From an uncultured delta proteobacterium (GTDB taxonomy: Bacteria > Myxococcota > Myxococcia > Myxococcales > Myxococcaceae): 64,000 nucleotides of DNA. Positions 49,317-61,412 of this stretch are shown here, piece by piece (position 1 is the first letter of the stretch; each line of letters starts with the position of its first letter). A program made the position numbers and the translations under genes. The notes under the pieces were generated by a model. That model had not been told where the DNA came from. It ran no database searches and saw only the letters and a list, made by a program, of their open reading frames with translations. The stretch lies in NCBI GenBank assembly GCA_963713045.1, contig CAVQKE010000003.1, positions 736,001 through 800,000 of the forward strand. The letters run 5' to 3'.

Positions 49317-50718
49317 GAAGGGTCCGCTGCTCGGTAAATTCCTCCATGGCCGAGGCCACGCCCTCGCGCCCGAGGCCCGAGGCCTTCACCCCGCCGTAGG
49401 GGGCATTGTCGCTGCGGACGTTCGGCGCATCGTTGACGATGACGCCTCCCACTTCCAGCTGATGAAATGCCGAGCGAATGCGGGCCGCACCCCGGGTGAA
49501 GACTCCGGCCTGAAGCCCGTAGTCCGAGGCGTTGACGGCTGCCAACCCGGCCTCCCAGCTGTCCACCGGCCACACCGACACCACCGGCCCGAAGACTTCC
49601 TCTCGGGCGACTTTGGCCTGGGGCGCAACGTCGACCAGCACCGTCGGGGCGAGCAGGCGTCCCCGTCGCCGACCGCCCAGCAGCAGCTGCGCCCCTTGCG
49701 CCACTGCCTCGGCGACCCAGGATTCAATGCGCTCGGCGCTCCCATCGTCGATGACCGGCCCGCACAGCGTCGCCTCCTCGGAAGGGTCTCCGGCGACGAT
49801 GGCCCGGCTGCGGGCGAGAAAGCGTGCGAGGAAGTCATCATAGGCCGCACGCTCCACATAAATGCGCTGGGCCTTGATGCACACCTGTCCGGCGTAGCCA
49901 AAGCTGGCCACGGCGCAGCGCTCGGCGGCCCACTCCAAGTCGGCGTCGGGGGACACCAACGCCGCGGCGTTGCCGCCAAGCTCGAGGACGACGCGCCCCG
50001 CGGCTTTCGCTTTGAGGTGCCAGCCCACCCGTGCGCTTCCGGTGAAGGACAGCACCCGCACCTTGGCCGACGTCGCCAGCTGCTCGGCGACAGCATTGTC
50101 ACAGGGGAGCACCTGCAGCGCGGCGGCATCCGCCCCGGCGGCCAGGGCCAGCTCGGCAAGCAGCAGCTGAGGACCCGGAGCCTGGGGCGGAGGCTTCACC
50201 ACGATGGGCGTTCCCACCGCCAGCGCGGGGGCCACTTTGTGCGCACCGAGGTTGAGGGGGAAATTGAAGGGGACAATGCCCACCACCACACCGGCCGGGA
50301 AGCGGCGGACTTCGCACTCCAGGTCGGCCGAGGCCCGGCCCAAGTCCACCGGGACGACGCTTCCCGAAAAGCGCGTCAGCTCGGCGGCGGCCAGCCGAAA
50401 AACTTGCTCCGCGCGCTGCACCTCGGTGCGGGCCATCGTCCGGGGCTTCCCCGCCTGATGGCAGATGAGGTCCTCGAAGTCGCGGCCCCGCTGGAGCAGC
50501 CCATCGGCGATGCCTTCCAAAACCGCTCGGCGCGCCCCGGCGCTCTGCGCCTGAAGCCGGCCGCGCGCGCCATGGGCAAAGTCCAACGCGGCCTCGGCTT
50601 GCGCCGGACTGGCCTGGGCCACGCGGGCCAAGAGCCGCCCGTCCCAGGGCGCGAACACCTCGGCGGTGCGCGGCGTTTGCACCCACTCGCCCTGCAGTAG
50701 CAGCCGACTGTCGTCCAT
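49300..50718 (-). CDS. Aldehyde dehydrogenase (GapN/lactaldehyde-DH-like subfamily)
   Basis: PFNFPLNL..HKVAPALA, FTGS, LELGGNA, GQVCI, EEVFGP, PYGGVKASGLGREG. Confidence 0.94.
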   Translation of the reverse strand: MDDSRLLLQGEWVQTPRTAEVFAPWDGRLLARVAQASPAQAEAALDFAHGARGRLQAQSAGARRAVLEGIADGLLQRGRDFEDLICHQAGKPRTMARTEVQRAEQVFRLAAAELTRFSGSVVPVDLGRASADLECEVRRFPAGVVVGIVPFNFPLNLGAHKVAPALAVGTPIVVKPPPQAPGPQLLLAELALAAGADAAALQVLPCDNAVAEQLATSAKVRVLSFTGSARVGWHLKAKAAGRVVLELGGNAAALVSPDADLEWAAERCAVASFGYAGQVCIKAQRIYVERAAYDDFLARFLARSRAIVAGDPSEEATLCGPVIDDGSAERIESWVAEAVAQGAQLLLGGRRRGRLLAPTVLVDVAPQAKVAREEVFGPVVSVWPVDSWEAGLAAVNASDYGLQAGVFTRGAARIRSAFHQLEVGGVIVNDAPNVRSDNAPYGGVKASGLGREGVASAMEEFTEQRTLLTRVR

Positions 50719-50816
50719 GGCCCCTCCCTCTAACGTGCGAAGGCACTGGCTGGCCCGTCCCGGGCGTTGAATGGCTCTCCACTGTGCTCTAAGCATCGGC
50801 AGCCCGCGCGAGCGCC

Positions 50817-51998
50817 ATGGAGACCTCCGCCCTACCGCCCCGCCGCAGCCTTCGCCGGCGTGCCATTTTGTTGGGCACTCTGTGGCTGTCGCTGCTGGTG
50901 TTGGGGCTGGTCTTTCGTTCGGCGCTGTTGCCGCTGGTGGGGGCCGCGCTCATCGCCTACCTGGTGGCTCCTTTGGCGCGGCGGCTGGAGCGCATGTCCG
51001 TTCTCGGCCGGAGGCTTCCCCGGGCAGTGGCCATCCTTCTCATTTACACCGCGTTTTTCGGTGCGGTGTACCTCTTCGCGGTGGCCATCGTCCCCCAGTT
51101 GTACCGCGAGTTGACCCGCATCAGCGGCAATGCGGTGGCCTTCGCTCAGTCGCTGACCCCGGACCGCATTCAGCAAATGGCGCAGGACACCGAGGAGTGG
51201 TTCGCCCAGCGCGGCATCCCGGTGGCCCTGTCTGAGCGCGCGCTGGAGGGAACCGACGCCGATGCCGAGAACCCCCGCCCGTCCTGGAGCGTCCAGTTTG
51301 ACTTGGAACGACTGATTCGAAGCCTGGCTGGACGTTTTTCCGGACTGGTGCGCGACAACGTCGGGAACCTGGTGGACGTCACCCGCTCGGTCGTGACGGG
51401 GGTGTTCGCCGGCGTCTTCACCTTTTTCATGATGCTGTTTCTGGCGGCGTTCCTTTCCATCGACGCCGTCGCCATCCGTCGGTACGTCTGGACGCTGGTG
51501 CCGCCGGAATGGTTTGAGGACGTGCGGGGCCTGGTCGAGCGCATCGACCGTTCTTTGGCCGGGGTGGTGCGTGGACAAGTCACCATCTGTCTGGTCAACG
51601 GCGCCCTGACCTTCGCCGGACTGGTGCTCTTCGGGGTGAAGTTCGCCTTCCTCTTGGCCACCATCGCCACCCTCTTCAGCCTGATTCCCATCTTCGGCAC
51701 CATCCTCAGCTCGGTTCCCATCGTCGCCGTGGGGCTATCGCAGAGCTGGCGCACCGGACTGGCGATGTTGCTGTGGATCATTGGCATCCACGCCCTGGAG
51801 GCCTACGTCCTCAACCCCAAAATCATGGGCAGCGCGGCGCGCATCCACCCCATTGTGGTGGTGGTGGCGCTGGTGGCCGGCGAGCGGAGCTACGGACTCA
51901 TCGGCGCGCTGGTGGCAGTGCCGGTGGCCGCCGTCCTGGTGGCCTGTTTCGACTTCGTCCGCCAGCGAGCGCAGCCCAGTGCGGAGAGCGCGGCGTAG
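50817..51998 (+). CDS. AI-2E (PerM) family transporter
   Basis: IAYLVAP, VRGQ, LIPIFG, EAYVLNPKIMG, IHP, GLIGALVAVP. Confidence 0.92.
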   Translation: METSALPPRRSLRRRAILLGTLWLSLLVLGLVFRSALLPLVGAALIAYLVAPLARRLERMSVLGRRLPRAVAILLIYTAFFGAVYLFAVAIVPQLYRELTRISGNAVAFAQSLTPDRIQQMAQDTEEWFAQRGIPVALSERALEGTDADAENPRPSWSVQFDLERLIRSLAGRFSGLVRDNVGNLVDVTRSVVTGVFAGVFTFFMMLFLAAFLSIDAVAIRRYVWTLVPPEWFEDVRGLVERIDRSLAGVVRGQVTICLVNGALTFAGLVLFGVKFAFLLATIATLFSLIPIFGTILSSVPIVAVGLSQSWRTGLAMLLWIIGIHALEAYVLNPKIMGSAARIHPIVVVVALVAGERSYGLIGALVAVPVAAVLVACFDFVRQRAQPSAESAA

Positions 51999-52044
51999 CC
52001 GCACAGCAAAGCGGCCGCCCTGAAGCTGATTCCGCCCGGGGCAG

Positions 52045-53646
52045 CTAGCGGTTCATTGAACCGAGGAATTCGGCGTTCGACTTGGTCGGCCGCATGTGCT
52101 TCAGCACGAATTCCATGGCGTCGATGGGCGTGAAGGGATGCAACACCTGACGCAGCGCCGTCACTCGCACCAAGTCCTCGGGGCGTAGCAGCAGCTCCTC
52201 CTTGCGCGTCCCGGATTTGTTGATGTCGAGACAGGGGAAAATCCGCTTCTCCATCAGCTTTCGGTCGAGCACAATTTCCGAGTTTCCGGTGCCCTTGAAT
52301 TCTTCAAAAATGACTTCGTCCATTCGGCTGCCGGTGTCGATGAGCGCGGTGCCGATGATGGTCAGGCTCCCCCCCTCTTCAATGTTGCGGGCCGCGCCAA
52401 AGAAACGCTTCGGCTTGTGGAGGGCGTTGGCATCCACGCCGCCGGACAGAATCTTCCCCGAGGGCGGCACCACGGTGTTGTAGGCCCGCGCTAGCCGGGT
52501 GATGGAGTCGAGCAGAATGCAGACGTCGTGCCCCTGCTCCACCAGGCGCTTCGCCTTGTCGATGACCATTTCGGCCACCTGGACATGGCGGGTGGCTGGC
52601 TCGTCAAAGGTAGAGGAGACGACTTCGCCGCGCACGTTGCGCTCCATGTCCGTCACTTCCTCGGGGCGCTCGTCGACCAGAAGAACAATCAGCACAATCT
52701 CTGGATGGTTCTTCGCCACGGCGTGGGCGATGTTCTGCAGCAGCACCGTCTTGCCGGCCTTGGGTGGGGCGACAATCAGGCAGCGCTGTCCCAGACCGAT
52801 GGGGTCAAAGAGGTCAATGATTCGCGTCGTCATCTCCGAGCCGTCGTGCTCGAGCATCAGCTTGCGCGTCGGATACAGCGGCGTCAGGTTGTCGAAGAGA
52901 ATTCGCTCTCGGGCCTCGCTGCTGTTGGGGTCGACGAAGTTGACCCGCTCCACCTTCTGCAGGGCGAAGAAGCGCTCCCCCTCGCGCGGCTGGCGGATGG
53001 AGCCGGTGATGGTGTCGCCGGGCCGCAGCGCGAAGCGGCGGACCTGGCTGGGACTGACGTAGATGTCGTCCGGGCTGGGCTGGTAGTCGCTGTCGGCGCT
53101 GCGCAAGAAGCCGAAGCCATCCGAGAGCAGCTCGAGCACCCCCTCGGCATGGACCTCGAACTTCTTATCCGCGATGCCGGAGAGGAGCGCGAAGATGAGC
53201 TCCTGCTTCTTCAGTCCTTGGGTGCCCTCGATGCCTGCGTCGTGGGCCATTTTGCCGAGCTCGGTCATCTTCATCCGCTTCAAGTCATTGAGGCGGAGGA
53301 CCTGCATCGGCGTGCCGTCCGGACCCAGCACGGTGGCCGCGGCCAGCCGCTCCTCGGCCAGCGGACTGACCGCCGGGCGAAGCGCGGCCAGCGCCGGGGA
53401 CTCCTCGGCGTCCGGCCCATGCAAGTCGTCGTCCCGGACGGGCCGGCTGATGGCGGTCAGCACCGGACGCACCGGGCCGGCCTCGGGCGCTGGCGTCTCG
53501 GGGTCGGCTTCGCCCCGGGCGGTGCGGCGAGGCTCCTCTTCGGGGCTGCGCTCGCGCCGGCGGCGGGGGCGTGGCTCCGCGGCGGTCTCCGCGACGAGGT
53601 CAGACTCGGTGGATGGTTTCTCTTTGCTGATGCGTGCTTTGGGCAT
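52045..53646 (-). CDS. rho: Transcription termination factor Rho
   Basis: [53 protein letters not shown]. Confidence 0.99.
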   Translation of the reverse strand: MPKARISKEKPSTESDLVAETAAEPRPRRRRERSPEEEPRRTARGEADPETPAPEAGPVRPVLTAISRPVRDDDLHGPDAEESPALAALRPAVSPLAEERLAAATVLGPDGTPMQVLRLNDLKRMKMTELGKMAHDAGIEGTQGLKKQELIFALLSGIADKKFEVHAEGVLELLSDGFGFLRSADSDYQPSPDDIYVSPSQVRRFALRPGDTITGSIRQPREGERFFALQKVERVNFVDPNSSEARERILFDNLTPLYPTRKLMLEHDGSEMTTRIIDLFDPIGLGQRCLIVAPPKAGKTVLLQNIAHAVAKNHPEIVLIVLLVDERPEEVTDMERNVRGEVVSSTFDEPATRHVQVAEMVIDKAKRLVEQGHDVCILLDSITRLARAYNTVVPPSGKILSGGVDANALHKPKRFFGAARNIEEGGSLTIIGTALIDTGSRMDEVIFEEFKGTGNSEIVLDRKLMEKRIFPCLDINKSGTRKEELLLRPEDLVRVTALRQVLHPFTPIDAMEFVLKHMRPTKSNAEFLGSMNR

Positions 53647-53784
53647 GACGGGCGTTCGCCAGAAGGGCCATGCCCAACTGCAAAGGGCGTGACCTGCTGC
53701 GTGGCGAGCAGTACAAGAGCTGCGGAACGGGTTGGAAACCGAGGCCCCTGGAACGCAAGCAAGCGCTCCGTACCCCGGTGTTAG

Positions 53785-55863
<2,079 letters not shown>

Positions 55864-55879
55864 GTCCTGTCTTCGACAA

Positions 55880-56161
55880 ATGTCGCAGCGACGCATCCAC
55901 GTCATCCTCGCTGGACGAGTCCAGGGAGTCTTCTTCCGGCGCAGTGCGGTGGACGTCGCGGAGCGGCTGGGCCTGTCCGGCTGGGTGAAGAATCGCCCCG
56001 ACGGCCGGGTGGAGCTGGAGGCGGAGGGTCCCGACGAGGCGCTGGATGCCCTTCTCGCTTTCTGCCGCCGGGGCCCGCAGGGGGCCCGGGTGGACGAGCT
56101 GGTCGTGGTACACCATGCGCCTCGCGGCGAGGCGGGCTTCCGGGTGAGGGACGGGGAATGA
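55880..56161 (+). CDS. acyP: Acylphosphatase
   Basis: GRVQGVFFR, GWVKNRPDGRVE. Confidence 0.95.
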   Translation: MSQRRIHVILAGRVQGVFFRRSAVDVAERLGLSGWVKNRPDGRVELEAEGPDEALDALLAFCRRGPQGARVDELVVVHHAPRGEAGFRVRDGE

Positions 56162-56565
56162 GCAGCGGGTTGCCAGAGGCGCTGGGCATCCGCGCCGGAG
56201 CGCGCATGGCCGTGGTGGAGCCGCCCACCGGCTTCGCCGAGGCGCTGGAGCCGCTGCCGGAGCGGGTGCAGCTGCTTCCTCTCTCCGAGCCCGGCTTGGA
56301 CGTCGTCGTCTTCTTCACCCGCGATGCCAAGCACCTGGTGTCGCGGATGCCCGCCCTGGTGCGGGCTCTGGCCCTGTCCGGCCGGCTGTGGATTGCCTGG
56401 CGCCCGGACGCCACCCCGGCCCTGGATGAGGTGCTGGTGCGCCAGGTGGGCTTGGAAGTGGGGCTGGTGGACGACCGGCGCGCGCAGCTGTTGCCGGAGT
56501 GGACCGGGCTCAGGCTTCGGTGGCGTTCGCGTCCCCGGGTGGAGCGACCCTCACCCCGGGCATAA
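56158..56565 (+). CDS. DUF3052-like hypothetical protein
   Basis: LGIRAG, LWIAW, VRQVGLEVGLVD, WTGLRL pattern; ATGA overlap with acyP. Confidence 0.7.
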   Translation: MSSGLPEALGIRAGARMAVVEPPTGFAEALEPLPERVQLLPLSEPGLDVVVFFTRDAKHLVSRMPALVRALALSGRLWIAWRPDATPALDEVLVRQVGLEVGLVDDRRAQLLPEWTGLRLRWRSRPRVERPSPRA

Positions 56566-56599
56566 GGTGGCCTTTACAGACGGCTCCGGCTGTACCATG

Positions 56600-57000
56600 T
56601 TGTGCTGGAAAGGACTGCCCCCACGAAAGGGTCCATCCCCCGGCTTTTGGGCCGGGCTCCCTTGCAAGGGCACAGACGTCCAAATTTTTTAGACGGGTCG
56701 TTTTTCCCCCCGCTCTTGTCCAGTTCGGCAGTCGCCCTGACGTCAGGGCCCGGGCCGAAAGCAAGCCGCCAGGGAAAGCCAAAACCGCAATCCGGGAGAC
56801 TCCAAAAAGCGGAGCTTCCGCATTGCCTTCGGGAGTTGACGAGCGCGTGACCACACTGCCCCCAGGTACCGAGGCCGGACAGGCCGAAGGGCCCCTCGGC
56901 GCAGCTGGCACGCCCACTCCCCTCGCGCAGACGCGAGCGCCGTCCGCCGTTTCCCGTCCGGTGGGTGCCGCCCCGCGCCGTGTGCAGGCAGGGTTCAAGA
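56600..57000 (+). ncRNA. Putative structured 5' leader RNA of RNase E/G
   Basis: ~400 nt non-coding stretch with at least eight stems (detailed in findings). Confidence 0.5.
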
Positions 57001-59186
57001 ATGAGCAGCATTCTGGTTATCAACGCGGCTGGCCGCGAGACGCGGGTCGCGCTCGTGGAAAGTGGCGACATCGCGGAGTTTTATCTCGAGCGTAAGAAGG
57101 ACAAGGGCATTGTCGGCAACATCTACAAGGGGCGCGTCGTTCGCGTGCTTCCGGGGATGCAGGCCGCCTTCTTGGACATTGGCCTCGACAAGGCCGCCTT
57201 CCTCTATGTTAGCGACGTCGTCTATGACCCGGACTTCGCGCGGGCCGCTTTCGAGCTGACCGAAGGCGAGCACGAGGACGACGTTCCGGAGGTGCCTGAG
57301 GGAGGCGAGCTTTCGCCCAACGGCACTGGCGACGGCGAACATGGCGCCTCCGCCGGCGAGACGCCTGCCACGGACGAGGGCGGCCCGCTGCCCCTGGGGC
57401 CGGCCGAGCTGGTGCAGGATGCTTCAGCCGAAAGCCATGGCGAGAGCCAGCAGAAGGCCGCCGCCGAGGGGAGCGGCGAGGCGCCGGCCCTCCCAGCGGC
57501 CGACGTGCCGTCCATCGGCGGCGCGGTTGAGACACCCGCCGCCGCGCCCGCGGGACTGGACGCTGCAGCGGCGCCGGCGGACGCTCCGGGGCCGAGCCTT
57601 TTGCAAGTGTCGGCGGCGGTGGCGGAGCCGGCGGCGGTTGGGGAGCACCGCGCCCCGCGGGAGGAGCGTGGACGGAGCCACCCTGAACGGGGGGGCGGCC
57701 GGGCATCGGGAGGAACGCACGCGGGAGGAGGAGAAGGCCCGGACGCGGAAGTCGGCGCGCATCGAGGACCTACTTAAAGTCGGGCAGGAGGTGGTGGTGC
57801 AGGTGTCCAAGGACCCGATTGGGACCAAGGGCGCGAGGCTCACCTCCCACATCAGCATCCCGGGGCGCCATCTGGTCTTCATGCCCACCGTGGACCACGT
57901 GGGAATCAGCCGCCGCATCAGCAATGAGAAGGAACGGCGGCGCCTGCGGGAGACGGTGGACCGCCTGCGGCCACCGGGGACCGGCTTCATCGTCCGCACC
58001 GTCGCGGAAAACGTCCCCCAGGCCAAGCTGGAAAGCGACATCCGGTTTTTGATTGAAATTTGGAACCAGGTGGTGCGCCGCAATGAGCGGCGCGGCGGTC
58101 CGGGACTGATGCACCCGGATTTGGACCTCATCCTGCGGGCCACCCGGGACCTCTTCGCCCAGGACGTCGAGCAGCTGGTGGTGGATGACCGGGAGGAATA
58201 CCAACGCGATTCTCTCCTTCGTCTCGGCGCAGGACCCGGCGCTGGCCTCCCGGGTGGTGCTGCACGACAGCGAGGAGCCGGTGTTCGACGCCTATGGCAT
58301 CGAGCAGGAGCTTCAACGGGCCGCCCAGCGCAAAGTGTGGCTGAAGAGTGGTGGCTACCTCATCTTCGACCAAGCCGAGGCGCTGACGGCCATCGACGTC
58401 AACTCCGGGCGGTACGTCGGCAAGAAAAGCCTCGAAGAGACCATCACCAAAATCAACGTCGAGGCGGCCAAGGAGATTGTCTACCAGCTGCGGCTGCGCA
58501 ACATCGGCGGAATCATCATCTGCGACTTCATCGACATGGAGAAGCCGCAGAATCGCGACAAGGTCTTCAAGACGCTCCAGGAGGCGCTGGGCCGCGACAA
58601 AGCGAAGACCAACGTGCTGCGCATCTCGGAGTTGGGCCTCATCGAAATGACGCGCAAGCGGGTGCGCGAGTCCTTGGGCCGCATCATCCACGAGGACTGC
58701 AGCTACTGCGGCGGCGAAGGCGTCGTGAAGACGGTGACCACCGTGGTCTACGACATTTTCCGAGAGCTCCGCCGCGAGGCTCCCAACCTGCGCGATCCGA
58801 CTCTGGTGGTGAACTGCAACGGCGAGGTGGCCCGGGTCCTCCAGGGGGAGGAGCGCGAGGAACTCCGCCACCTGATGGACCGTTTCAACAAGTCCATTCA
58901 AGTGCGGCCACAGAGCAGCTACCACCGCGAGCAATTCGACCTCTACGCCCGGACCGTCAGCGGCGAGGACCATCGCGTCGCCACCTCGCAGACGGCCTTG
59001 CGTCAACAGGAGGGACTCGGCGCCCCGCCCGAACGCAGCGAGCCGCCGCCCAGGGACGGTGGTGGCGGAGGCGGCCGAGGGCGGCGCCGCGACCGAAAGC
59101 GCGACCGCCGCGAGGGAGGCCCCCCGCAGGGCGGCCGGGCTCCGCCCCCCGCCAAGCCACCCGCGGGAGCTCCGCCAAATTCCTGA
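57001..59186 (+). CDS. rne: Ribonuclease E/G, split by two +1 frameshifts (~57703, ~58208)
   Basis: GNIYKGRVVRVLPGMQAAFLDIG; VQVSKDPIGTKGARLT; AIDVNSG; QLRLRNIGGIIICDFIDM; CSYCGG. Confidence 0.93.
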
Positions 59187-59217
59187 GCAGTTGCAGCCGC
59201 TTGTCTCCCGGCGACGC

Positions 59218-59245
59218 TTGCAACCCGGCTTGAGCATGCTAGGCT
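59218..59245 (+). promoter_or_regulatory. Putative promoter of the HU/IHF gene
   Basis: TTGCAA-N16-TAGGCT with extended -10 TG. Confidence 0.5.
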
Positions 59246-59316
59246 TCCCTGGGAGTGCAACCCCTGCCGTCCGGTGGGGGGTGCCCTCGCGGCGTCCCTC
59301 GACTGGGGAGTTCGCC

Positions 59317-59646
59317 ATGCTCAAAAGCGACCTCATCAACATCTTGGTGGCCAAGCGCGGCATCACCCAGAAGCAGGCCGAGGCCACGGTGGAGACCATC
59401 TTCGAAGCGATGAAGGAGGCGCTCTGCCGCGGGGAAAACATTGAGATTCGCGGCCTTGGCGCCTTCCACGTGAAGAATTACGACGGCTACCAGGGCCGAA
59501 ACCCGAAGACGGGCCAAGTCATCCCGGTCAAGCCGAAGCGAGGCCTTCTCTTCCGGACGGGCAAGGAATTGCGCGACCGCGTGAACCGCGCTTCCGGCAG
59601 CAACCCTTCGCCCTCTGAGGGCGGCGGCACCAGCAGCGCCGCCTGA
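59317..59646 (+). CDS. HU/IHF-beta family DNA-binding protein
   Basis: MLKSDLI, IEIRGLGAF, GRNPKTG, FRTGKELRDRVN; GGGGAG RBS. Confidence 0.95.
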   Translation: MLKSDLINILVAKRGITQKQAEATVETIFEAMKEALCRGENIEIRGLGAFHVKNYDGYQGRNPKTGQVIPVKPKRGLLFRTGKELRDRVNRASGSNPSPSEGGGTSSAA

Positions 59647-59822
59647 GGGCTTCCCCCAGAAAGGCCGCCTCGGTGCTGTCCACCCCCTTGGAAAACGGGT
59701 GGTGGCGAGGCAGCGCCCGGCGCCTGCACGGACAGCGGCTGGGCTGGCCAGCCAGGGAAAAATTGCCCGCTCAGCAGACCCGACCGACACTGCCCGGCGC
59801 CGACGCCAGCTTCCTGTGCCCC

Positions 59823-60155
59823 ATGCGCCTTCCCTCCCTCCAAGTGCCAGAGGTTCCGCAGCGGACGCACCCGCGCGTCCCGGCTGGCTTTGCGGTGGAG
59901 GTCCGCACCCAGGAAGGCTCGGCCTGGGTGGCCCAGGCCCGAGACCTCTCCATGGCCGGGCTGTTGTTGGTGGGGTTCGCCGCCCAGCCAGGCGAAGTGC
60001 TGCAGCTGGCGGTCTCCCTTCCGGGGGACATGGTCCGCGCCTTCCGCGGACGCGTCACCCGCCTGCACCCCGAAGGGGTGGCCGTGGAATTCGAGCGCCT
60101 CGACTGGGATGACCTGTTCGCGCTGGCGCGGTTTCTCCACCCCCGCCTGCCCTGA
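59823..60155 (+). CDS. Stand-alone PilZ-domain protein
   Basis: RTHPR (RxxxR) and DLSMAG (DxSxxG); GVAVEF. Confidence 0.85.
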   Translation: MRLPSLQVPEVPQRTHPRVPAGFAVEVRTQEGSAWVAQARDLSMAGLLLVGFAAQPGEVLQLAVSLPGDMVRAFRGRVTRLHPEGVAVEFERLDWDDLFALARFLHPRLP

Positions 60156-60173
60156 GAACCGGCCGCGGTGGCC

Positions 60174-60560
60174 TTAGCCCTGCCGCGCTCGGTGTCGGTC
60201 CACCAACTCCATCAGCTCCGCGGCCCGGAAGGGCTTGTGGATGTAGCCGTTGGCTCCGGCTGCCAGGGCAGCCTCCACGTCTGCCTTCTTCACTTTGGCA
60301 GTCAGCATGTAGAGGGGGATGCCGGCGGTCGCTGGGTCCGCCTTCAGCATCCGGCACACCGTGACGCCGTCCATCAGGGGAAGCACCACGTCCAACAGAA
60401 TGAGGTGAAAGACTTGGGTCCGGGCGCGCTTCAGCCCTTCCACGCCGTTGGCGGCCGTCTCCACCTCCACCGGACCGTCATGCAGCATGCTGCGGACAAG
60501 CTCGCGGATGACGGGCTCGTCCTCCACCACCAAAATGCGGAAAGGCGCCGGTTCGCTCAT
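60174..60560 (-). CDS. Single-domain response regulator
   Basis: ILVVEDE, LLDVVLP, MLTAK, HKPF. Confidence 0.92.
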   Translation of the reverse strand: MSEPAPFRILVVEDEPVIRELVRSMLHDGPVEVETAANGVEGLKRARTQVFHLILLDVVLPLMDGVTVCRMLKADPATAGIPLYMLTAKVKKADVEAALAAGANGYIHKPFRAAELMELVDRHRARQG

Positions 60561-60665
60561 CGAAGCTGCAAGTACCTCTAGCCCGGGCGGCCCCCAGGCC
60601 GCCAGCGACTCGCGGGGCGGTCCAAGGCCACCCACGCCACCCAGGCCGGCTGGAGGTTGTCCCCC

Positions 60666-61412
60666 CTAGGGAAGCGCTGAGTCGTCGATGCGGGCCAAGT
60701 CCTTTTGCTGGGCCCAACCCTCGAGTCCATTCGGCAGTCGCAGCGCGACGAAGGAGCCGGAGGAGGCCAAAAGGCGCACTTCACTTCCGGCGTGAAGTTC
60801 AAAGGCCACCTTGCTGCCTCCCTCGGGTGTTTCCCGGACGGGAAGCGTCTTGGCCAGCACCACCCCCTCGTGCACCGTCTCTGCAACGAAGACGTGCGCC
60901 AGCAGCAGTCCGGCACCAGGCAGCGCCAGCACCAGCAACAGCCCGGCCGCGGCCGCCATCTCACGGCCGGGGCGCAGGCCTCGAAGCGCCAAAAGCAGAA
61001 AGGCGAGGGCCCAGGGGATGAGAAAGGCCACCGCCGCCGCGGTGGAGCTGGTGGCCGCCACCAGACGCGCCACCATCCCCTCGTCTCCCGAGGCGCCCAC
61101 CACCTGGTCGACGACGCGGCCGCGGGCAATGGAGAGGTTGGCGTCGACGTCCGGACCGCCTCCGTGCCGGCGCGCCCGCTCGAGGAAGAGGACCGCTTCC
61201 CCCAGCTTGCCTTGGGCGAGCTCGGTCGTGCCGAGGTTGAATTCGACGTCTGGGCCGCCCATGCCGTGCTCCAGCAGCTTGCGGAAGGAGGCCTCCGAGG
61301 CACCGACGTCGTCTCGCCCGTAGGCCTCCACCGCCTCGGCAAAGAGGCCGCGCGCCTCGGCCGGGGAGTAGTTCACCTGGCTGAGTAAAAGGGTGAGGAG
61401 AAGGGCACTCAC
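60666..61412 (-). CDS. BatE-like TPR/TM/SH3b protein
   Basis: FNLGT..VDANL TPR; two TMs; FELHAGSEVRLL..NGLEGW SH3b. Confidence 0.85.
   Translation of the reverse strand: MSALLLTLLLSQVNYSPAEARGLFAEAVEAYGRDDVGASEASFRKLLEHGMGGPDVEFNLGTTELAQGKLGEAVLFLERARRHGGGPDVDANLSIARGRVVDQVVGASGDEGMVARLVAATSSTAAAVAFLIPWALAFLLLALRGLRPGREMAAAAGLLLVLALPGAGLLLAHVFVAETVHEGVVLAKTLPVRETPEGGSKVAFELHAGSEVRLLASSGSFVALRLPNGLEGWAQQKDLARIDDSALP

Noticed and set aside
56600..57000. RNase P RNA, 6S, SRP or a known riboswitch as the identity of the rne leader
   Set aside because: Signature sequences such as RNase P GAGGAAAGUCC were not found on either strand; an Rfam scan is still needed
57680..58215. Programmed frameshifting or pseudogenisation of rne (and of murC)
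   Set aside because: No slippery heptamer, and the same one-base-insertion pattern occurs in unrelated genes, so an artefact is more parsimonious
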